DNA of 64,000 nt. Source: Flaccisagitta enflata. Its lineage: Eukaryota. Made by a program: the position numbers and the translations under genes. Location: assembly GCA_965153355.1 (NCBI GenBank), contig OZ231126.1, positions 8,556,001 to 8,620,000 of the forward strand, written 5' to 3'. This document shows, in pieces, positions 56,759 through 64,000 of this stretch; within the stretch, counting starts at the first letter, position 1, and each line of letters begins with the position of its first letter. The notes beneath the pieces are model-generated. The model was not told the DNA's origin. It did not search any database and saw nothing but the letters and a program-made list of their open reading frames with translations.

Positions 56759-57145
56759 ATTGTTCTTCTTCTTCTTCCTCCTCTTTTTCTTTTTCTTTTT
56801 CTTTTTCTTTTTCTTCTTCTTTTTCTTCTTCTTCTCCTTTTTCGTTTTCTTCTTCTTCCTCTTCTCCCTCTCCTGCTTCTTTTTATTTTTCTTCGCTTTT
56901 CTCTCCCTCTTCCTCCTCTCAGTTCATTTGCATATTTGACTCCATTGCAGCCTTTCCAGATCGTCATGGCAGTGTACACATAAAGTTAGGTTAAAAGAAA
57001 TTTTTCGTTTTGCGCGACTCATAGTTTGAACAAACCGAAGGAAAAATGATGATAACGATAAAATGACTGAAAAACTTCAAGACGTCCTAAGATTAATGCA
57101 TGTGAATAAAATTGACTGAGAAAATTGTGCCAGGGAGAATATTGT

Positions 57146-58425
57146 AACAAGGCCACCTTTAAGTCGCTTGCGGGACATAAATAACTTAGGATGACTTTAA
57201 GAGACTCAAGATGACTTTTACGTTTAATGACTTTTGATGACTAAAAATGATTTAAAAAGACTTAAGACGACTAAATTGGCCTTATTGACTGAAATGACTT
57301 TGAATGACTTAGAATGATTTAGAATGAGTTAGAATGAGTTAGAATGAATTAGTATGACTAAGATGACTTTAATTATGATAACTATGGCAAAAAAAAAAAC
57401 CGAACAGCTACTTCTTTTGCTCATAAATCCTTTGAAAATTCACCCAGTGTGCTGAAATTTTTACTGAAGTTACTTTTTAGTATCATTAAGCATCACTGAA
57501 AAAATCAATGACCTGCTCTAAATAGTTTGAGAATTATAGAATTTTTAAAAGTGCTTGTCAAAAGATCAGAAATTCAATGTACACACATAAGAATTTACTA
57601 AGACTGAATAAACAAACTTAAAAAAACCATACTAAATCTAGTCCAATTTTGAACTGGAAGTAGACCACATTGTTGGCAGACTGTGATGAAAATTTCATTA
57701 CAAAACTCCGATTATTTTAGCAGAAACAGCGTGTTTTCTAAAACTTTTTTTGTGGTTTTTAGAATGAAGTGAATGAAGATGAAATCTGAAATATAAATCA
57801 ATGCTAAGGCCAGAGTTTTCTTCCAATTATCATGATTTTTTAACTGGGAACTTTTGTACTTATGATTCATCTCCAGTAAGATTTTTGTGAAGATTGAAGC
57901 ATTTTTAGTCCCCCAAATTGCAAAAATATTCTAACATGTAGCAGAATATTTCTTATTCTGAGCAAGCTTACAATCAACCATTATCTACCCCACTAGACTT
58001 TATCTGAGTAGATGCAAATTTTGCCTAGTATTAGTAAATATTACCATCAGACTGCAGTTCAAAAATCATGACAAAACTCCCAAAACTTTTAGCACAATGC
58101 CAATTTTACTAAAAATGGTATTATTTTGATTTAGGATAAACGTCATCTCTGGCAGTCCAAAAAAGAGGTGACTTCAGTAAAAACGTGATAACGGCTAAAG
58201 TTTTCAACGGATTTTGATGAAATTTTAACCAGACATAGTCCATATCATGGTTATCATTCACTGTAAATTTTATGCAAATCGGTCAACATCTTCATACCTT
58301 TTTGCTCTCTCAAAAGTTGTTCGGTTTTTTTTTTTTGCCATAGTTAAAAAGTGTGACGGACCGGCCAAAGGACCGACCGATGGACCGACAAAGCGGGGTG
58401 TAGAGTCGCGTAGCACGCAACTAAA
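57146..58425 (-). mobile_element. Family-A HINE-like element split by a ~960-bp TIR element
   Basis: 3' end AACAAGGCC..AGTCGC and (AATGACTT)n at 57146-57380; 5' end AGAGTCGCGTAGCACGCAACTAAA at ~58402-58425. Confidence 0.8.
57382..58343. mobile_element. Non-autonomous TIR element with piggyBac-like TTAA context
   Basis: CTATGGC(A)nCCGAACA / TGTTCGG(T)nGCCATAG; flanks ATAA and TTAA. Confidence 0.75.
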
Positions 58426-58833
58426 GATGGAAAATAAGTTGAATAAGTAAATGATTTTATTGTGTGTAAAACTTTAAGGAGATGAAATGAGGTACGGGGC
58501 TATCTGAGATGAGATTAAACCCCAAAGTGTTAGGGGTTGCCATGCACATGGGATTGCTTGGGGTTGCATTTTAACGATAACATCAGTTCTACACTACATG
58601 ACATAGTGACAAGCGACATCAATCTCAGTCTACATGTGAGTTCTATGTCTATCTCTCTATCTTTGTCACTGTCTCTTTCTGTTTCATCTCTGCCTCTGTC
58701 CCCGTCTGTTTTTCTGTCTTTTTCTATCTGTTTTTCTGTTTGTTTTTCTGTATGTTCTTCTGTGTGTCTGTCTGTTTGTCTGTCTGTCTCTCTTTCCGTC
58801 CGTCCGTCCGTCCGTCCGTCTCAGTCTCAGTCT

Positions 58834-58874
<41 letters not shown>

Positions 58875-59741
58875 ATAATAGTATGGGGTAGCGAAAATTT
58901 TGTATCCTGTCAATCATCATTTTCATACAGAAATCCCTTCATAAATTATTCATAATACTATTTGTAAAAAAAAATTTAAGCCATTATCTATTTTTATACA
59001 AACTAGCCTAATATATTTAAACGATGACAGTGTAGAAAAGATCGCTTTCTGCATGGTCATCTTTTCTGCAGTTCAAAACAGAATCTGCGATTTTCTTTAT
59101 TTCTATGCTTTACCTTCCCTCAAAGAAATGATGATTACGGTGAGTTACCATCGGAGAAAATCTGTAACAAAAACAGTTTCAGACAGCATTTTTACTCCTC
59201 AATAACATATCTCGGAAACTCAAGGGGACCTTAATTATAAATACCCGTTCAATCAAGTCAAAGTTGTGCTAATATCTAAATATTCATAGGTGAGGAACAG
59301 GTCGTTTTTCTCGGCTTTTTTTTCTCGCTGTAAGGCCACCTGCCTATAAGGAATGTTTGTTTTAGGTGTCTTTTTATGTAAGTTCACTTATATTACTAAA
59401 AATGTTATTATGATTTTTGTATATAACTTGTGTCCCGCAAGCAGAAAATGTCAATATCTAACTTCAGGATTTGAGCGTTGTGACGGAGCTCAGGTTCGCT
59501 TGCTACTTATAATATTCTTGGTTCACCGTTTCAACCGCTCAGAAAAAGTTTCTCTTTTGAACCAAAAAGAAAAAAAAAGTTCTGAAATGAAAAATTCTCG
59601 GTTTTCATCATTTTGAGTGAGGGTTTGGCTGGGTTATGCTTGAGAGATCGCGACTCGTGGAATGAATACAAATTTCTGTGAAATCTCTCTCAATGAGTCT
59701 GGTTTAGCGCCATAAATCCACCGGGATGATGAACACGCTTA

Positions 59742-60000
59742 GGGCGTGTTTCTAGTGAGCGCCAAAAACGCGTTTGTTCCCGTGAAACGCGATAACAGCG
59801 TAAACACATATTTAAGAATTTCAACCATCCCACGAGGGAGTGAGCGAAGTGAGTGAGCGAGCCCGTGAACGGAGCGAGCGAGCGAAGCAAGCGTAGCAAT
59901 GAGGAGCAAGTGAGCGGAGTGAGCGGTGCGAGCGAACGAACGTAGCGAGCGACCGAGTGGCCCGTTCAAAACGCGATCGTCTTTGACTAGAAACATCCCC
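59742..60000 (+). mobile_element. PIF/Harbinger-like MITE, intact copy; relatives at ~44900-45145 and ~61900-62050
   Basis: TIRs GGGCGTGTTTCTAGT / ACTAGAAACATCCCC, TTA TSD on both sides, internal (GAGC)n. Confidence 0.85.
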
Positions 60001-60430
60001 TTAGACTTGGAGACTTTCAGAAGTAAGTCGATCGGGAATTTCGAAAAAGAACGACTCTTAACTCGGGAAGATAGAAATAGGACGCCAGGATCAGGATGGT
60101 GATTACTTCAGCAATGTGGTTGATTTGCGCCTTTCTTAACTCATGTTAGAAACGATCCATCGTCCAGGGTTTTCAAAAAACAAAACAAAACATAATGAGT
60201 TTTTCAAGAAAACAAAACATAATGAATTTTTTTATTCAACAAAAGCAAAGGGAAGAAAAGATGAAACTTTACCATTGACGTTTGAATAGTAATATCGTTG
60301 TGCAATTTATGTGGAATCATATATATTTGTCAATTGGATGATAGAAATATGGGGTCTCCAGTCAATCGGCTGTCAGGAGACGATTTGCAGGAAGAGAGTT
60401 TGCAGAAAGTTTGTAGAAGACATTCAAAAT

Positions 60431-60706
60431 CTAACCAGATGAATTCAAGTCTGCAAAAGAGGCGGAAATTCTGAAGCAGAAGATGTTGGATCCATCGGGA
60501 GCATTGAGCTTACTAACGATGGTGCTTCTGATAGTTGGCCACATCCTGCTGACGGGCAATCGCGTTTTGTAGGTCCAAACGTTACCGGCCCGTGAAACTT
60601 GAGGGTATCCTGCAGCAGGGTTGATCGAAATTGGGATGGGAACACGCCTCCCAAATATGCCCGTGGCCGTCAATGCAGGACTGCCAGTTGCAACATTTTT
60701 CGTAGT
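60431..60706 (-). CDS. Probable last coding exon of an NPC2/ML-domain (MD-2-related lipid recognition) protein
   Basis: Acceptor ...tctttttacag. Open frame TTKNVATGSPALTATGIFGRRVPIPISINPAAGYPQVSRAGNVWTYKTRLPVSRMWPTIRSTIVSKLNAPDGSNIFCFRISASF.. resembles the NPC2 C-terminal half (YSYLNKLPVKSEYPS..QSLFCWEIP). In phase with the upstream exon. Confidence 0.7.
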   Translation of the reverse strand, partial: TTKNVATGSPALTATGIFGRRVPIPISINPAAGYPQVSRAGNVWTYKTRLPVSRMWPTIRSTIVSKLNAPDGSNIFCFRISASFADLNSSG

Positions 60707-61280
60707 CTGTAAAAAGAGACAATAAAAGAATGTCTGAATTCAATGCATGTTTTTGGAAGGGTGATGCGATTTGAAATGACGATTCATCTTTGAAAACAAG
60801 CGTCGAATTTGGAAGAGCATTGCGCCTAAACCAATTTGATCTTTCACGGAAGTTGTAAAAGTTGGTCTTGTAAACTTAGTCGGTCTAAATAAGTAGAATA
60901 TGACAAAAAAATGTCTTTAGATGGAAAATTTTCATTTTTGAATGAAGCAGAAAGTAGAAAATTGCACATTAGGATTGACAACCAATTCTTTTAATCAAAA
61001 TCTACTGGCTGGCAAAATGTTGACTTATGAAGTATTTCATGTTTGAATGAATAGTAGAAAACTAGCTGTCATTCCAATGATATTGTAGCATCTTTGACAT
61101 GCATCAAAAGATTTTGCAATTCTTTGATTTCAAATTTTTTTTTTGTAACTCATGGCAATTAAGCAACGACTGTTGGTCAGGTGGTTGGTCAGTGACTTGT
61201 GGTGGGGCGCTATGTTTTGGACGAGGTCTTGAGCCAGGTCTGACAAATAAAAGACTGAAATCTTAACCGACTTCTCTTAC

Positions 61281-61390
61281 CGTGACTTGGAAAGAGACGT
61301 CCATGTCGGCTCCTTTGATTATTCTACAGGGCCATCGGGTGCACGCGACGCCATTAATCGACATCTCCAAGTTGGAAAGCATAGTCAGAT
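61281..61390 (-). CDS. Internal exon of the same NPC2/ML-domain gene
   Basis: Acceptor tatttctcag and donor GTAAG bound a 110-nt exon encoding (D)LTMLSNLEMSINGVACTRWPCRIIKGADMDVSFQVT, which resembles NPC2 CPTQPCQLSKG...VNVTF. Phase-0 junction to the next exon. Confidence 0.7.
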
Positions 61391-63029
61391 CTGAGAAATA
61401 GCAACAGTGACGTCATTGAGGAGTCAAGTGTGGAGAAATATCAGCAGATTGCAAAAAATTGACTACAAGATGTGCTCACCCTGGGTGATTGGTCAGCCTT
61501 AAAAGGTTGCATGGTTGAAATGGAAAAAAAAAACATAAAAAAGACTCAGGACGTTTCCAGCAGATTGGGCGGTAGAAACCTCATGGAGCCAGAACAGCTA
61601 CCAACAGCAGCAACAAGGATCAGATCAAAAGAGTTGTCCAGGTTTACAATTACAGCTGTTGGATTTATTTTGATCATGAAATAAATGATGAATCTTATTT
61701 TTTTTCTGTCCTGAGGAATGAAGCCAGTCTCAGCTGATGTCAGCCGTTCTTGCTCCATGACTAGTGGCATCTTTGACAATTTTCAATCATCTGTGGCAGA
61801 TTTTCTCAGGCATCGGGCCCTGGGTAGAGCAAAAGGGTGAGGTTGAGATTTTGGGCGGACGGGTCTTTCTGAATATTAAGCCATTATCAGGTTTGGACCG
61901 CCAGGGCATGTACGAAAATCACGTTTTTTTACAGGCCACTCGATCGCTCGCTCGCTACGTTCATTCACTCGCACCGCTCAATTCTTACACTCCACTCACT
62001 CGCTTCACAGCACTCCGCTTCACTCTGCTTGCTCCGCTTGTGTCTCACTTACTTTCCCATCCCCCTCCAAATAGGTATTCGCGGCATTCGCGTGGCCTGA
62101 GAGCGCACTCAACGGAAGAGAAGCTGATGGCGACGCACGCCACAATGAAAAACAACATCGAAGCCATGATTAAAAAGCAGTTCAATGCTCAAGGCTGATT
62201 TCAAGGTTGAAAGAAAAAAGTTCTGAAAAAGAAAAACAAGGCCGGGTACATGGCTACTTAAGTCGCGTGCGGGTAGGCAAAGGGAGTAATAACAAGTCAT
62301 GCAAGGATCGCACATGGTTAGCGGTATCCGGTGTCCTGCTGGGAGTGAAATGAGTGAAATTGAGTGTGAGCAATGTCCTGTAGGACACAGGGGTAAATTT
62401 ACGTGTTATTCAATGAGATTTTTTATTTTTTTGTCAACTCTCCACGTTATCTTATGGAAATTATCGAGATATGTCATGCCTCAAAACCGTGGCGCGATTT
62501 GGGGCCATATTTTGGTGCGAGTTCTGGCCCTAATTACCATTCCCCTTCATAGTGATGAGCAAGATCTGGATTTAAAAACAACAGCACAATTTGGGAGGGA
62601 ATATGGAGCCAGATCGCGCGTGTTGTTCTTACTCCAGAACCTGTGAAACCTCTTTCACATTTTTTTTTCTCTCTCTTCTTCTCTTCTCTCCTTCTCTCTC
62701 TTTCTCCTCCAAAATCTCCCCTTTTCTCTTCCTTTTTTCACCTTTTTCTTTTCTTTTTTCCTTCTTTCTTCTTTTTTCTTCTTTTTTCTTCTTCCCTCTT
62801 CTTCTTCTTCTTCTTCTTCTTCTTCTTCTTCTTCTTCTTTTCTTCTTTTTTTTTTTTCTTCTTTATCTTTTGCTTCTTCTTCTTTATAGTTGTGGACACA
62901 CAAATCTAAAGACTCTATAAGAGGCTTCGTCCATCCTTCAGCCCATTGGTCCGTCCATTGGTCCGTCTGTCTGTCCGTCAGCAAAAGTCAAAAAGTGGGA
63001 AAATGAGTGTAGCCCTGAGGATGGGGCGG

Positions 63030-63200
63030 GGGGGACAAACAGATGGATGAACGGACGGATGGACAGACAGATTCCCCCTGTGTTCTACAGGACTTCGTCC
63101 CCTTTGGGGCCGCTGGCCTGCTCCCCCTCAACTTAAATCACACACTCCTCAAGCAGGGCACGGGTACCGCTGACCACTTACTGCCTTTGGGCTGCTATTC
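63030..63200 (+). mobile_element. 3' part of a family-B-like element; another family-B 5' end starts at ~63909 and runs off the window
   Basis: CCCCTGTGTTCTACAGGAC..GGGGCCGCTG..AAGCAGGGCACGGGTACCGCTGACCA. Confidence 0.7.
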
Positions 63201-64000
63201 ATCAGTTCATAATGAGACCGCTGCAAGCGCTTAAATGAAGGAGCTACCCACAACAGTCAGGAAAATTTTTAGTTGCAACAATGTTCGATTTTTAAGTTGA
63301 AGAAAAAATAGAAAAACTTCAAGATTGATTTTCCCGTCTGCTTTTGGCTTTGGCTTTCTTATTTCCGCGAAGCGCCCGTGGTAACTGTTTTAATTCTCTC
63401 AAAAATGAGTAAGACGTCAATATTTTGGAGGGAAAAAGAGGGTCTATAACGCGCCGATTAGAATCATCTCCAATGTCTAAGTGCAACCATTCAAAAATCT
63501 GGTATTGATTTTCTCTATAAGCATTAGAAGTATTTAGAACCATAGCACAAGAAACAAGTGACATAGGGTCAAAATATTGTTGCAGGTGGGTGGGCAGGGG
63601 CATCCAACCCCCATAAACCACAACCTCCTTATCCTAAATTTATTCTTCAAACTTGACAAAATACATTTATTCAATTTAGGCCACCGCCTGCCTCCTTCTC
63701 CATAATAACATATAGGAAGGAAAAAGAGCCAAATTACCATTTTGCATTATCTAATGGGTCTTAAATTCTATAGGGGATGTTTTCTACCATCAAATGGTGC
63801 CCATAGCCAGCAAACATAAAGGATCAAGCATATCGAGTCAAAAGCCCCTAAGCTGGAGGTTGGATGCCCATCCACAACGATATTGTGACCCTGCATCACT
63901 AGTTCCACCTTTTTGGGCAGCGGCCCCAAAAGGCCAATCTCCTGTAGAACACAGGGGGGGGATTTCCAGATGTCAGTCTGTACTTCCCTCCATCCACCTT

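Noticed and set aside
60582-60706. Alternative Cys-rich frame YEKCCNWQSCIDGHGHIWEACSHPNFDQPCCRIP
   Set aside because: Out of phase with the upstream exon and terminates early. The other frame fits an ML domain.

Overview
Eukaryotic genomic DNA, very likely from an invertebrate animal, dominated by repeats. Nearly all ORF-track entries are translations of microsatellites or minisatellites. Three segments are protein-derived. (1) A near full-length but disrupted Penelope-like retroelement with an N-terminal GIY-YIG endonuclease, CxC linker and RT, i.e. Naiad-type domain order (48757-51470, +). It is followed by a long G·U-containing hairpin and a pseudoknot-capable motif with hammerhead-like boxes. 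(2) A 5'-truncated, decayed APE-RT LINE (52719-54790, -). (3) Two spliced exons of an NPC2/ML-domain lipid-binding gene (61281-61390 and 60431-60706, -). The rest is a dense, nested set of non-autonomous transposons. About 25-30 copies or fragments are DINE-1/HINE-like (Helentron-type) elements with asymmetric subterminal inverted repeats, (GTCC/GTCG)n tracts and variable central satellites. There are also MITEs with Tc1/mariner (TA), Transib (CAC, 5-bp TSD), PIF/Harbinger (TTA), Mutator-like (10-bp TSD), hAT-like and piggyBac-like ends. One 248-bp perfect inverted duplication is present. No rRNA, tRNA or CRISPR was seen. All assignments are by eye, without database searches, and element boundaries are approximate to a few bp.
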